This document shows, in pieces, positions 10,234-20,747 of a stretch of DNA of 64,000 bases. Position numbers and translations under genes: made by a program. Source of the DNA: Fredinandcohnia onubensis (GTDB lineage: Bacteria > Bacillota > Bacilli > Bacillales > Bacillaceae_L); the NCBI GenBank assembly GCA_031181385.1, contig JAPSKV010000013.1, positions 11,321 through 75,320 of the forward strand, in the 5' to 3' direction. Under the pieces are notes generated by a model. The model was not told where the DNA came from. It was given only the letters and a program-made list of their open reading frames with translations, and made no database searches. Every line of letters begins with the position of its first letter. Within the stretch, counting starts at the first letter, position 1.

Positions 10234-11253
10234 TTACAACTCCCATGTAAACCATCTTCCATGCCCTTCAGTTTGAGCAACAACATGTTTATACTCTTTC
10301 CCATCAAGAGAATAATCTAGGTGAAGGTCGCGGTCTTGTATATTGTTATATAGATGGAAAATCTCACGTTCAAACCCGATCTGCTGAACCTTATCTAGCA
10401 ATCTATTCCTCACTTCCGAAGGCATTTGGTTAGCCACATGGGTGTGAAACACACAAATAGCATATTCGCTTGAAACTTGTTTTGAAAGTTCATCAAGCAC
10501 TTCAACACCATTCCCTTTAATCAACCGTATTTCGTTCGCCTTAACAATTTCTGAAGCCTTTTCAAATAACTCCCGTCTTTCATGATGTTCCGGCCAAATG
10601 AGGGCTTTTAGCCAGAGAACATTTTCATCATCCGTTAAATCAATAGGATGGAGGTCGATGCCAATACGTTCAGATACTGGTGGAATAAAGTCTTGTAGAG
10701 TAGGAGTATTGTCTCCTTTTATTTCAGCTTTTATATGCAAATTTGATTCTCTGTTTCCGAAAACTGCTCCCGTTCCATACGAGTAACTATACTGATCCCA
10801 TAGCAACTGCAGGCCGGCACTGGTCCCAATTTCAATCAATGCTAGCGGCTTTTTCACGATATGATAAATAGATTGAAAGGCTGGAAAAAGAAAGGAACAT
10901 CGTCTTACTTCATTTGTTTGAACCAATTTTTCCTGTAAAAGCGGGATGATTTCGTCAGAATATTGACTGCAAAACTCTTTAAAAGGTAAAAAGGATTCCT
11001 CTACTTTCCGAGGATTCTTCGTCATACTTGGATAAAAATCACGAAGCCGGTGGTTCTTTCCTTTTAATAAAAGGTAATGAACAGCACCAAACAACAAATT
11101 AGATGAAGGTTGACCACTACGTGCATGAGAAGCCAACTCAAGGAGTTCATCATCGTCGGCAATCTGTAATGAAAGAAATTCATACAAGCTACTTGAGCCC
11201 TTACATTCAGTGTTGGCGAAGTTTCGAAACTTAATAGACTGAGTGTTATTCAT
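10234..11253 (-). CDS. DUF2332 family protein
   Basis: VQTNEVRRC, LIEIGTSAGLQL, WLKALIWPEH motifs; GGAGG RBS before ATG 11253. Confidence 0.85.
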   Translation of the reverse strand: MNNTQSIKFRNFANTECKGSSSLYEFLSLQIADDDELLELASHARSGQPSSNLLFGAVHYLLLKGKNHRLRDFYPSMTKNPRKVEESFLPFKEFCSQYSDEIIPLLQEKLVQTNEVRRCSFLFPAFQSIYHIVKKPLALIEIGTSAGLQLLWDQYSYSYGTGAVFGNRESNLHIKAEIKGDNTPTLQDFIPPVSERIGIDLHPIDLTDDENVLWLKALIWPEHHERRELFEKASEIVKANEIRLIKGNGVEVLDELSKQVSSEYAICVFHTHVANQMPSEVRNRLLDKVQQIGFEREIFHLYNNIQDRDLHLDYSLDGKEYKHVVAQTEGHGRWFTWEL

Positions 11254-11511
11254 CTTTCTTTCCTCCTGAAAATTTTTTCGAACTTGACCCTCAAACCAAG
11301 ATAAACCCCAGCGAATTATATACTGAAAGGTCTGGTGGAATACATGAAGGAACAAACAGTAAAGTTTACGTATAATGAAATCGACTTACTTATAGAAGCA
11401 ATGGATAAGGATATATGGAAAGATATTAAATGGAAGTTTGTAACTGAAGAAGAAATTGAATCTTTATTAAAAACCTCTTAAGGCATCCCTTAGGGGGTTA
11501 TTTATTTAATA

Positions 11512-12249
11512 CTACTCCTCTCCCCACTCCAATTGCTCTTCCTCGATTAGGGTTAATAGTTTGTTTTCACCCTCGATTTCATAGCTTTTATCTTCGATTC
11601 GCAACTCACTCTCGGTAACAACTAAACTGTAGGCATCTTCATCAATATAGACTGTCACGAAATAACCCAATCCAGGTCCAAATCTTGTTTTCATAAGGTT
11701 CATATCTGAAGGTTCAAAAATGAGTCTTTGTATCATTGATGGATCAGTGATTGTTGAATAACTGTGAATGTATCCCTTTGCTTCATCTAATGTACTCCAT
11801 GTTAATTCAATTTTGTCGATTTTCTTCGTTTCCCCGATGTATTTACCAATTTCCTCACCAAAAGTAGTATTAGTGATTTTCTCATAAGTAAAAAAGATTC
11901 CAAAAGTAGCAATTACAGAAACGACCATTAAAAGAAGAGACAATTTGTACTTTTTCCCCTCAACATATTTCCATTCCATAAATGACTGAAATCCCCAAAA
12001 AGAAATCATAAAAAAGATTACAAGCCATTTTACATGGTTAACATTGCCAATATCAAATAATGTATAGGCACTTCCCAAAAATAAGATGACGATCAGGAGG
12101 CCGCCTACCCGGAATTTTATACGCCCGTCTGATTCGGCCACATTATACCCTGTTTCTAATCGTTTTCCTACTAAACTATCGATTATAGAAAGAAGCAAAA
12201 ACATCAATAATATGACGAGACCCATCAAAACCCCCCAATCATATTTCAA
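11512..12249 (-). CDS. Membrane protein, DUF4181-like N-terminus
   Basis: Four TM segments, FQSFMEWKY motif, soluble C-terminus. Confidence 0.65.
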   Translation of the reverse strand: MKYDWGVLMGLVILLMFLLLSIIDSLVGKRLETGYNVAESDGRIKFRVGGLLIVILFLGSAYTLFDIGNVNHVKWLVIFFMISFWGFQSFMEWKYVEGKKYKLSLLLMVVSVIATFGIFFTYEKITNTTFGEEIGKYIGETKKIDKIELTWSTLDEAKGYIHSYSTITDPSMIQRLIFEPSDMNLMKTRFGPGLGYFVTVYIDEDAYSLVVTESELRIEDKSYEIEGENKLLTLIEEEQLEWGEE

Positions 12250-12386
12250 TTATACTGATTACTGGAAAAATATACTAGGTGAAGTCTAAATTCCAAAGCT
12301 TAATTTTTGTACAAATTCACCTAACGTGTCAAAATGAAATGGAAATAGGAAATAATACAAGTATGGACAAGCAAGGAGTGAACGAT

Positions 12387-13241
12387 ATGAGTTCCCTTTT
12401 TAAACGAGATTTAAAAAAACATTGGTATATAAAATACAACAATAATGGGTATCCGCATGTTCAACAAGGCTTTGTGCTACCTCCAAATCGGTTCGAGGAA
12501 TTTGACCCGTTTTTAATTATGGCAGAGGACTGGTATAAGCGTGGCGCATTTCCGGACCACCCACACCGAGGATTTCAAACGATTACCTATGTAATTGATG
12601 GACGATTGGAGCATATTGATAACCACGGTGGAAACTCAATTTTAGAGGCCGGCGATATCCAGTATATGAATGCTGGCAGTGGTGCAAGACATGCTGAGGA
12701 GCCAGTTGACCAAGATATTGCTCATACGCTTCAGTTATGGTTGAACTTACCAAGTTCCCTAAAAAATACACAAACCTCCTACCAAAATGTGTATATAGAG
12801 GATGTACCACGAGTGAAAATTGAAGGTGGGGAATTAAAGGTTTACTCCGGAGAAATAGCTGGAGTTAAAGGGCCGATGAATAGCTTGGTTCCCATTACAA
12901 TGACCGAGATTTCACTTGCGAAGGGCATGACTTACATACACATACTTCCTGAAAATCACAATGCGTTTGTATACGTACTTTCCGGTGAAGTAGAGCTTGG
13001 TGAAAATAAAACACCTCTTAAAAAGACAGGGGCAGGAACCCTTACCTTTAACGAAAATGGTAAAGATGAAAGCGAATTTCAAATAACAGCAAATAGTCGA
13101 GCAAAATTACTTGTTTACTCTGGGGTCCCACTTAGAGAAGAAATTGTCGCTTATGGCCCATTTGTAATGAATTCAATGGAAGAAGTCCAACAAGCATACC
13201 GTGATTTTCACGCAGGAAAATTTGGCCCACCGGCAGAATAA
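12387..13241 (+). CDS. Pirin family protein
   Basis: FPDHPHRGFQTITY, MNAGSGARHAE, LQLWLNLP, YGPFVMN; RBS AAGGAG. Confidence 0.93.
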   Translation: MSSLFKRDLKKHWYIKYNNNGYPHVQQGFVLPPNRFEEFDPFLIMAEDWYKRGAFPDHPHRGFQTITYVIDGRLEHIDNHGGNSILEAGDIQYMNAGSGARHAEEPVDQDIAHTLQLWLNLPSSLKNTQTSYQNVYIEDVPRVKIEGGELKVYSGEIAGVKGPMNSLVPITMTEISLAKGMTYIHILPENHNAFVYVLSGEVELGENKTPLKKTGAGTLTFNENGKDESEFQITANSRAKLLVYSGVPLREEIVAYGPFVMNSMEEVQQAYRDFHAGKFGPPAE

Positions 13242-13255
13242 GGAGTACGGCTACA

Positions 13256-13498
13256 ATGAATAAAGAAGTGATTGTCTATACAACAAATGACTGTGTCGAA
13301 TGTACTTTTGTCAAAAAGGTTCTCACTGAAAATGGCATTCCATTTGACCTCCGAAATATTGCGGAAAACGAGGTCTACCAAAAAGAAGTGGAACGCTTCG
13401 GTTTTTTAGGTGTCCCTGTAACAGTTGTAGGTGACCGCGCTGTTAAAGGATTTAACCCTGAGCTAATTGAACTATTAGAACCGTTGATAAAGTCTTGA
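13256..13498 (+). CDS. Glutaredoxin/NrdH-like protein
   Basis: YTTNDCVEC CxxC motif; GVPVTVVG. Confidence 0.88.
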   Translation: MNKEVIVYTTNDCVECTFVKKVLTENGIPFDLRNIAENEVYQKEVERFGFLGVPVTVVGDRAVKGFNPELIELLEPLIKS

Positions 13499-13590
13499 TC
13501 TCTGTGCAATGGTTAAAAGTGGTAAAGGTAGGAAATCCTAAAGCTATACACACCTCAAGAAGATGGGAATAAAATAAGGAAACAAAATCA

Positions 13591-13983
13591 ATGGGTGAAC
13601 TTATGGAGAAAATCAAAAGTTGGGCAAAACGCTTAAAAAAACAAATATTCGTCTTATATTTTGCATATAAGGATGCGAGGGTTCCTTGGTATGCTAAGCT
13701 TTTTACTGCTGGAGTGGTAGCTTATACATTCAGCCCTATCGACTTAATCCCAGATTTTATACCAATCCTCGGATACCTTGATGAGGTCATCCTTGTCCCA
13801 ATTGGGATCATGTTTGCATTGAAAATGATTCCAAGTGCAGTCATTGCAGATTGCGAAATTAAAGCAGAAGAAATGATGAAAAACGGCAAACCAAAAAACT
13901 GGGTTGCGGGGACACTTATCCTATTACTATGGACCTTGATTTTTATCTGGATGATTGTCAAAGCATCTCAATATTTCCTCTAA
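13591..13983 (+). CDS. YkvA/DUF1232 family membrane protein
   Basis: YTFSPIDLIPDFIPILGYLDE signature. Confidence 0.92.
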   Translation: MGELMEKIKSWAKRLKKQIFVLYFAYKDARVPWYAKLFTAGVVAYTFSPIDLIPDFIPILGYLDEVILVPIGIMFALKMIPSAVIADCEIKAEEMMKNGKPKNWVAGTLILLLWTLIFIWMIVKASQYFL

Positions 13984-14526
13984 ACCTGTATTTCAAAGCG
14001 AAATACAGGTTTTCTTTTGATTGTAACTAATCTTCAAAAAAATTTTTTCACTTGCACAGAACAATTAAAATGCGATGAAATAGCATTATTCACGACGGAA
14101 CAAAAATAAGGGAGATAGGGCAGTATATATTGAGTTATAACCATGCGGGAATGCTTAGAAAAGCGCTGTCACTTGTCGAATTATTATGATTTATTTTGCA
14201 TGAAATTTGATGTTTATGCTATTTTTCATGTTATAATAACAAAAGATGAAATGAAGAATAAGAGTTTATTAGTACTCCATTCATTCATCTGGAGATGCAA
14301 GGCTGTATTATCGGAGCCATGAAACATCTAAATAAACTTCTTACTTTTAACTGGCTTTTAAATAGCCTATAATTATCATATAATAATGAAATATTAATCT
14401 ATTAAAAATTGCCATCCAAAATGGCCTTGATTGAGACGAGAAAGAGATTGTCTGACAATGGTGAGCCCGATTTTGTGACCGCCTTCATCTTTTTTGTCCA
14501 AATTTTAAAAGAAAAGGTTGATAAAT

Positions 14527-16056
14527 ATGAGCAACATAGAAACCAAAACAGATGTCATTTTAATCGGTGCTGGTATCATGAGTGCGACATTAGGGACACT
14601 CTTGAAGGAACTAGTGCCTGAATGGAACATTACCGTTTTTGAAAAGCTCGATAAACCAGGAGAGGAAAGCTCTCACGAATTGAATAACGCTGGTACAGGT
14701 CATGCTGCACTTTGTGAACTTAACTATACCGTTGAAAAACCAGACGGAACATTAGATATTAAGAAAGCGATTAATGTCAACGAACAGTTCCAAGTTTCTA
14801 AGCAGTTTTGGGCACATCTTGTGAAGAACAATTTAATCCAAAACCCACAAGATTTCATCATGCCATTACCACATATGAGTATGGTCCAAGGAGAAAAGGA
14901 CGTCGAATTTTTAAAGAAACGATTTGAAGCGCTGTCAAAAAATCCGTTGTTCCAAGGAATGGAATATACCGAAGATCCGGAAAAATTAATGGAGTGGATT
15001 CCGCTTATTATGAAGGATCGCCAAACAAACGAACCGATTGCAGCTACAAAAGTAGACGCTGGAACAGATGTGAACTTCGGTAATTTAACACGCATGTTGT
15101 TTGACCATTTAAAGAATAAAAAAGTCAACATTAATTACAACCACAGTGTAAAAGATGTGAAACGTACAAGTGATGGTCTATGGGACTTGAAAGTAAAAGA
15201 TCTAAACAGTGGATCTGTTAAACATCATAAAGCAAAATTCGTTTTCATTGGAGGCGGTGGAGGAAGCCTACATTTACTCCAAAAATCCGGTATTCCTGAA
15301 GGGAGACATATTGGCGGATTCCCAGTAAGCGGAATTTTCATGGTATGTAATAATCCGGAAGTGATTGAAAAGCATCATGCCAAAGTATATGGAAAGGCGA
15401 AGGTTGGTGCGCCACCAATGTCTGTTCCACATCTTGATACAAGATATATTAACAACAAAAAGTCATTACTATTTGGACCATTTGCGGGATTCTCTCCAAA
15501 GTTCCTAAAAACAGGGTCAAATATGGATTTAATTACTTCAATCAAACATGATAATTTGTTAACGATGTTAGCTGCAGGGGTAAAAGAAATTCCGCTAACA
15601 AAATACTTGATTCAACAAGTCATGTTATCAAAAGAACAACGAATGGAAGAACTCCGTGAATTTATCCCAAATGCAAAAAGCGAAGATTGGGATTTAATCG
15701 TAGCTGGCCAACGTGTTCAAGTCATTAAAGACACTGAAGCAGGCGGCAAAGGAACCCTTCAATTTGGTACTGAAGTAATTACTGCAGCTGACGGTTCAAT
15801 TGCAGCATTACTAGGTGCATCACCAGGTGCTTCAACTGCTGTTCATGTTATGCTTGAAATCATTAAAAAGTGCTTCCCGCAACATATGTTAGAATGGGAG
15901 CCAAAAATCAAAGACATGATTCCTTCATATGGGTTATCCCTAATGGAACACCCAGATCTTCTGGAGAAAATCAATGCTTCAACTGGAGAAGCACTTGGCT
16001 TAATCGAAAAACAAGAGAAGATAGAAAAAAAACAAAAGGAACTTGTCCTAAGTTAA
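14527..16056 (+). CDS. mqo: Malate:quinone oxidoreductase
   Basis: [53 protein letters not shown]. Confidence 0.97.
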   Translation: MSNIETKTDVILIGAGIMSATLGTLLKELVPEWNITVFEKLDKPGEESSHELNNAGTGHAALCELNYTVEKPDGTLDIKKAINVNEQFQVSKQFWAHLVKNNLIQNPQDFIMPLPHMSMVQGEKDVEFLKKRFEALSKNPLFQGMEYTEDPEKLMEWIPLIMKDRQTNEPIAATKVDAGTDVNFGNLTRMLFDHLKNKKVNINYNHSVKDVKRTSDGLWDLKVKDLNSGSVKHHKAKFVFIGGGGGSLHLLQKSGIPEGRHIGGFPVSGIFMVCNNPEVIEKHHAKVYGKAKVGAPPMSVPHLDTRYINNKKSLLFGPFAGFSPKFLKTGSNMDLITSIKHDNLLTMLAAGVKEIPLTKYLIQQVMLSKEQRMEELREFIPNAKSEDWDLIVAGQRVQVIKDTEAGGKGTLQFGTEVITAADGSIAALLGASPGASTAVHVMLEIIKKCFPQHMLEWEPKIKDMIPSYGLSLMEHPDLLEKINASTGEALGLIEKQEKIEKKQKELVLS

Positions 16057-16160
16057 CCGCTTACGATTTATAAATAAAAAGAACCTTCAATCTCGAATGG
16101 GATTGGAGGTTTTTTATGTAAAAAATCCGAACCACTAGGTAGTCCGGATTATGTCATTTC

Positions 16161-17129
16161 TTAATTCAAATGAACCTTTAATGCATCTAAACTAATTTCT
16201 TCATTGCCAATATTATACGTAGGTATTACCTCAATAAACTTTGGTGGATTTTTGCTATCAATTTCAAAAATAATTCTAGAATCTGAAACGGTATGGAGTG
16301 ATAATCTTTCACCTTGATCAGAAACAACCTTAAAGTACAGATTTTCACCTTCTATACCAGCTGTTGATAATTTTTCATATGTTAAAATTGCGTTCGTTTT
16401 CCCAAGGTTAATATCTTTGAAGTGAAGGCTATATGCATTGTTTGAAGAGAACAGGGTTTGATTCAACTCAATTTCCCTCGAAGGTAATTTCTCAACAGAA
16501 AGATTAAAGGACCACTCCCCTTGTACCCCGGCCATATGTGTAAATGTAATCGGGAGCGTCAAAGCGTCCGGACTTTTCTCATTTCGATTTTCCAAAATCA
16601 TCGCACCAACATAGTTATTACCCTGTTTTGTTAATGTCCCTATGGTACCACCCCAGGCAGACGTATCTTTCCCATCAAACATATTGAAGCTATAACCTGG
16701 CTCGGGTCCTGTTTCTCCTCCGAATGTATCAGATAAGTTATCTCCAGATGCTTTAAAAGTTATGCCAACATAGGAGCCATCATAAAAAATCGAGGTAACA
16801 CTCATTTTGACTCCATTATTTTCAACTGTTTGATTCATTTCCGTTATAAGTTGCTCAGTTGCCAAATTCTGACCGATTGTCATTTGATAATTATCGTAAA
16901 TACCCCCAATGATTGGAACTTGAGCAAGAACCTGATTAACAGGTGTAAAAATAAATCCGGACGCAAGGAGTAGTGCTGCAGCTCCAGTAGTAAAAAAAGT
17001 TGTGCGTTTTAGTGGTTGCATGTATTTTCTCTTTCGACGGAACCTTTCACCGCGCTCTATTCCTTTTTCAATCGCAAAATGTAGTTCTTGTTTCGGTATC
17101 TCAATATCATTAAATAAGTCTTTTTCCAT
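16161..17129 (-). CDS. Probable anti-sigma factor (DUF4179-like)
   Basis: Overlaps ECF sigma gene; single TM after basic KRRK stretch; extracellular VENNGVKMSVTSIFYDG. Confidence 0.75.
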   Translation of the reverse strand: MEKDLFNDIEIPKQELHFAIEKGIERGERFRRKRKYMQPLKRTTFFTTGAAALLLASGFIFTPVNQVLAQVPIIGGIYDNYQMTIGQNLATEQLITEMNQTVENNGVKMSVTSIFYDGSYVGITFKASGDNLSDTFGGETGPEPGYSFNMFDGKDTSAWGGTIGTLTKQGNNYVGAMILENRNEKSPDALTLPITFTHMAGVQGEWSFNLSVEKLPSREIELNQTLFSSNNAYSLHFKDINLGKTNAILTYEKLSTAGIEGENLYFKVVSDQGERLSLHTVSDSRIIFEIDSKNPPKFIEVIPTYNIGNEEISLDALKVHLN

Positions 17130-17652
17130 AATAATCAGCCCCTAACGTTTTTCTTAATTCAGCTTTTGCTCTACGTAAATAGGTTTTAATGGTTGATTGT
17201 GGCTTATCCAGAATCGTAGAAATCGTAGAAATTGGCAAATCATAATAATAGAAAAGTAAAATAGCATTTCGATAGTTCATATTTAGCGACGAAAGTGCCT
17301 CTGATAAATCGATTGAAAGGTTCATTTCAGGCGTCTGGCTTGATTCGATTAAATACTCTAATGTTTCTTCGGGAAGCTGTATCACCTTCTTATTACGTGC
17401 AAGTTCCTTATAAGCGGTTCGCATTAAAATTTTCACAAGCCATGTACTGAAAAAAACGGGTGATTTCAGTTGATGGATGGAAATATAGGCCTTATAGGTA
17501 GCTTCCTGTATGACATCAAGTGCATCCTCTTTGTTCCGCATATGTAAATAGGCAATTTTATATAATTTCTCACTTTCAGATTTAATAAGTTGTTCAAATG
17601 CTTGTTTGTCACCAGCAATGGCCAACTCAACTAATTTCGTAGAATACGTCAT
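17110..17652 (-). CDS. ECF sigma-70 factor
   Basis: DALDVIQEATYKAY, FSTWLVKI region 2; region 4 ISTILDKPQSTIKTYLRRAK; RBS GGAGG. Confidence 0.92.
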   Translation of the reverse strand: MTYSTKLVELAIAGDKQAFEQLIKSESEKLYKIAYLHMRNKEDALDVIQEATYKAYISIHQLKSPVFFSTWLVKILMRTAYKELARNKKVIQLPEETLEYLIESSQTPEMNLSIDLSEALSSLNMNYRNAILLFYYYDLPISTISTILDKPQSTIKTYLRRAKAELRKTLGADYYGKRLI

Positions 17653-17844
17653 TAGCTAACCTCCTTTCAACTATTAGAGGTGAGATATGTAATAAAAAGT
17701 TTCAAAAAAATCTATTGTTTATAGTAATATATCATTTTGTCGAAAGAAAAACCTCCTGTTGTCAGCTATTCTGTGTAGGAAGAACTCTACATTTGTTGAA
17801 TTAATAGGATGGTTATTTATTTTAACTAAAAAGGGGTAACTTCC

Positions 17845-18066
17845 ATGAATATTAAATTAGTTGATGTAACAGAGGAGAATTTCTATGATGTGATCAATTT
17901 AAAGTCAGATGAAAACCCTGTTTTAAATGCAATTATTGAGGATATGGTAAATACCTATCAATGCGAGGAAATCTATCTATCTGTTATCTATAATAATGAA
18001 CGAGCAATACGAACCTATGAAAAAGCGGGTTTTATCCCAACCGGAGAGGTAGAAACGGAAGTTTAA
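17845..18066 (+). pseudogene. Internally deleted GNAT (polyamine acetyltransferase-like) remnant
   Basis: Recognisable N-terminus (MNIKLVDVTEENFYDVINLK) fused to C-terminus (LSVIYNNERAIRTYEKAGF); central motif A absent; 73 aa. Confidence 0.7.
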
Positions 18067-18113
18067 GAAGAATAATACATAAATGAAGAAACCTTTAGGA
18101 GGTTCTGAGAATA

Positions 18114-18496
18114 ATGGAGAATCAGTTAAAGCAACATTTAAAAGAATTAGAGGAAATGCATATAAACGTAGAAGTTCGTAAAAATAGTGAAGCGCTAGAA
18201 AAACTTCTAGCAGATGATTTCTTTGAGATTGGTAGTTCCGGTTATATGTTTAATAAAAAGGAATGTCTTGAATCCAGAATTGATCTTTCGGTCATGTCTC
18301 TCCATAACTATGAGATCTATCCCTTGGCAGCAGATGTCGTTTTAACGACATATTTCATTGTCAATGAGACGAGGAAACGGAATACCCTGCGAAGTTCCAT
18401 AGGAAGCATGTTGAAGGAAGATGGCAATTGTATTTTCATCAAGGGACAATCTCACCAATGAAGTTGAATGATATAATAATTCAACGAAATAAATAA
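18114..18496 (+). pseudogene. DUF4440/NTF2-like protein with a 1-nt frameshift
   Basis: LLADDFFEIGSSG..LRSSI; after 18401 an alternative frame gives (W)KHVEGRWQLYFHQGT, the usual C-terminus. Confidence 0.8.
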
Positions 18497-18578
18497 GTAA
18501 CAAGCCGTATTTCAATCTTTTTAAATAAACATACTGGGTTGATATAATAGATAGGTACGCAATTTACATATCTAGGAC

Positions 18579-18914
18579 GTGGTTTATATTTTACATGCAA
18601 TTTTCTTTTTTATTATAGCAGGAATCGCTGAAATTGGTGGAGGTTACTTGATTTGGCTTTGGTTAAGGGAAGGGAAGCCATATTATTGGGGAATCGGTGG
18701 CGGAATCGCATTGGCCCTATATGGTGTGATTGCCACTTTTCAAACCTTTCCTTCTTTCGGTAGAGTTTATGCAGCCTATGGAGGGGTCTTTATCGTTCTT
18801 TCTGTCCTCTGGGGATGGGGAATTGATAGGAAAACACCCGATCTATACGATTGGGTAGGTGCAGGAATCTGTATCATAGGTGTTTCGGTCATGTTATTTG
18901 CACCACGACAATAA
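18579..18914 (+). CDS. YnfA/UPF0060 (SMR-like) membrane protein
   Basis: [35 protein letters not shown]. Confidence 0.93.
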   Translation: MVYILHAIFFFIIAGIAEIGGGYLIWLWLREGKPYYWGIGGGIALALYGVIATFQTFPSFGRVYAAYGGVFIVLSVLWGWGIDRKTPDLYDWVGAGICIIGVSVMLFAPRQ

Positions 18915-18928
18915 GAAAAGGCGATGAT

Positions 18929-19138
18929 CTAAGGAAGGATCAACGCCTTTTTACTTTTTTGCGATTTCTGTTTAGTCTTTTTAGAGACGGTCTTAATGAA
19001 AAATACACCTGCAATTAGGGCAAGTAAATTAAGAGAATCACCAAAGTTTACCGTGAAATTTATATGGTTATTCACTCTAATCTTGTTATAGTTTCTATTA
19101 TCGGTCTTCGCCTGTGGTTCTTTTTCAATGTTATCCAT
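18929..19138 (-). CDS. Small hypothetical protein, single TM and basic tail
   Basis: GGAGG RBS; INFTVNFGDSLNLLALIAGVFFI. Confidence 0.6.
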   Translation of the reverse strand: MDNIEKEPQAKTDNRNYNKIRVNNHINFTVNFGDSLNLLALIAGVFFIKTVSKKTKQKSQKSKKALILP

Positions 19139-19365
19139 ATAAATCCCTCCATTTTGAGTGGTTGTCCTAAACCCAATATATGAAAGAATAAAATAAGTAT
19201 TCGAACCAATGCCCTAACAACGAAAATATTTTAGTTTGTCCGATATCCAAGATTATTAGAAAAAATCCAAGAATATCTCGCAATAATAGGAGTTCAAAAA
19301 AACAAGAACACATCAAGTAGATATGTTCTTGTTTTTGTGTGATGTTTTTGAAGGCTACCTTTTAC

Positions 19366-19554
19366 TCACTTAGGAAAATAGCAAGCACCGATAATGATTA
19401 ATAAGATAAACAACACAACGACTAATACAAAGGTATTATCGTTACAAGGTTCAGGACAAGCATATCCATAACTAGGGGCTGTATAAGTTGGTTGTGGTGC
19501 CATGTAAGGGGTCTGAAAAGATGCCGCATTTACGTTAGATACATTTAGCTCCAT
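19366..19554 (-). CDS. YjcZ-family small sporulation protein
   Basis: C-terminal FVLVVVLFILLIIIGA signature; RBS AAAGGA; downstream terminator. Confidence 0.88.
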   Translation of the reverse strand: MELNVSNVNAASFQTPYMAPQPTYTAPSYGYACPEPCNDNTFVLVVVLFILLIIIGACYFPK

Positions 19555-19744
19555 GTTCTTACTTCCTTTCTCTGTGTAGATTCCCTACAGTATACTCACC
19601 TAGTCTCAAATTGCCACGTTTTCCTAGGAAAATGGGTGTTTATCACGAGCCCTAAAAGAGCTTACATTTTTAAATGTTTTACTAGTTTCATATTTTATAT
19701 TTTTCTAATGAATTTGTAGTTAATTGAATAAAGACAGAATAATT

Positions 19745-19771
19745 TGAAACTAAACAAAGAGTACGAACGTA
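19745..19771 (+). promoter_or_regulatory. ECF (sigmaW/M-like) promoter
   Basis: TGAAAC-N17-CGTA upstream of the 19813 gene. Confidence 0.5.
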
Positions 19772-19812
19772 TATATTATAAAAGATTTTAACGTCACTAA
19801 GGGGGGGCTGAT

Positions 19813-20121
19813 TTGGCAGAAGTCATTTTGTATTTTATTTTAATGATTCCTTTATATGCAGTGTTAATATGGACCTATTTCAACCCCGAGGAAAGTATGA
19901 TTTTCGGGCAAAGGTGGATGTATAAGGAAGAACCTGAGTTTTCGGCTGATGCCATTCGCTATACGAAATTTATGGCTCGAGTAGGTATTTTACTTATAAC
20001 AATGGTATTCGTACTCTTTATTATTGATCATCTCATGATTCGACTTATCATCATTTTAGGATTCATTTCTTATGTGATCATCGGTGGCTATCGGATATTA
20101 CAAAAATACTTGGACTCTTAA
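19813..20121 (+). CDS. Small membrane protein (DUF6199-like)
   Basis: NPEESMIFGQRWMYKEEPEFS flanked by TM segments; TTG start with GGGGGG RBS. Confidence 0.75.
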   Translation: MAEVILYFILMIPLYAVLIWTYFNPEESMIFGQRWMYKEEPEFSADAIRYTKFMARVGILLITMVFVLFIIDHLMIRLIIILGFISYVIIGGYRILQKYLDS

Positions 20122-20256
20122 AATGTCGAAAATTCCGTATGTAAAAAAACGAAAAAATTATCATTTTTTGTAAATGATTTTTGTATAATGGATTTAGGCA
20201 CTACAGGGTATCTGCAGTGCTTCCTTTTTTATAAGAAAAATGGAGGGGAACATTCG

Positions 20257-20721
20257 ATGGAGAATGAGGTTTTGGTGGATAAAGACAAACAAGAAAAAAC
20301 GAAAGTGAAGGTGGAGCGTAAAGAAGGGGAACCAACTGCAGCCTTTAAAGGAGCTTCGTGGGCAGCGTTAGTAGTTGGTGTTTCTGCTTATCTGATCGGT
20401 TTATTTAACGCGGCAATGGAACTAAATGAAAAAGGCTATTACTTTGCAATCTTAATTTTTGGTCTGTATGCATCCGTTTCTTTGCAAAAAGCCGTAAGGG
20501 ATAAGGAAGAGGGAATTCCGGTAACAAGTATCTATTATGGAATTAGTTGGGTTGCACTCATCTTATCTGTATCATTAATGGCGATTGGACTTTACAACGC
20601 TGGAAGTATCGTTTTAAGCGAAAAAGGTTTTTACGGAATGGCATTTGTTTTAAGTATTTTTGCTGCCATTACCGTTCAAAAGAACATCCGTGATACACAA
20701 AAGGCAAGAGAAAGAGATTAA
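20257..20721 (+). CDS. YiaA/YiaB two-helix-repeat inner membrane protein
   Basis: Duplicated [14 protein letters not shown] / [21 protein letters not shown]; GGAGGGG RBS. Confidence 0.9.
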   Translation: MENEVLVDKDKQEKTKVKVERKEGEPTAAFKGASWAALVVGVSAYLIGLFNAAMELNEKGYYFAILIFGLYASVSLQKAVRDKEEGIPVTSIYYGISWVALILSVSLMAIGLYNAGSIVLSEKGFYGMAFVLSIFAAITVQKNIRDTQKARERD

Positions 20722-20747
20722 GAGATATAAAAAGGGACCGTCCATGT

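Noticed and set aside
11344-11481. 45-aa ORF MKEQTVKFTYNEIDLL
   Set aside because: Weak RBS and no recognisable motif; may be a fragment, cannot be supported without a search
14157-14171. CcpA cre site upstream of mqo
   Set aside because: GAAAAGCGCTGTCA has about three mismatches to the consensus, including the conserved TG
17670-17704. Autoregulatory ECF promoter upstream of the sigma gene
   Set aside because: TGAAAC is present on the minus strand but no CGT-type -10 lies at 16-17 nt spacing
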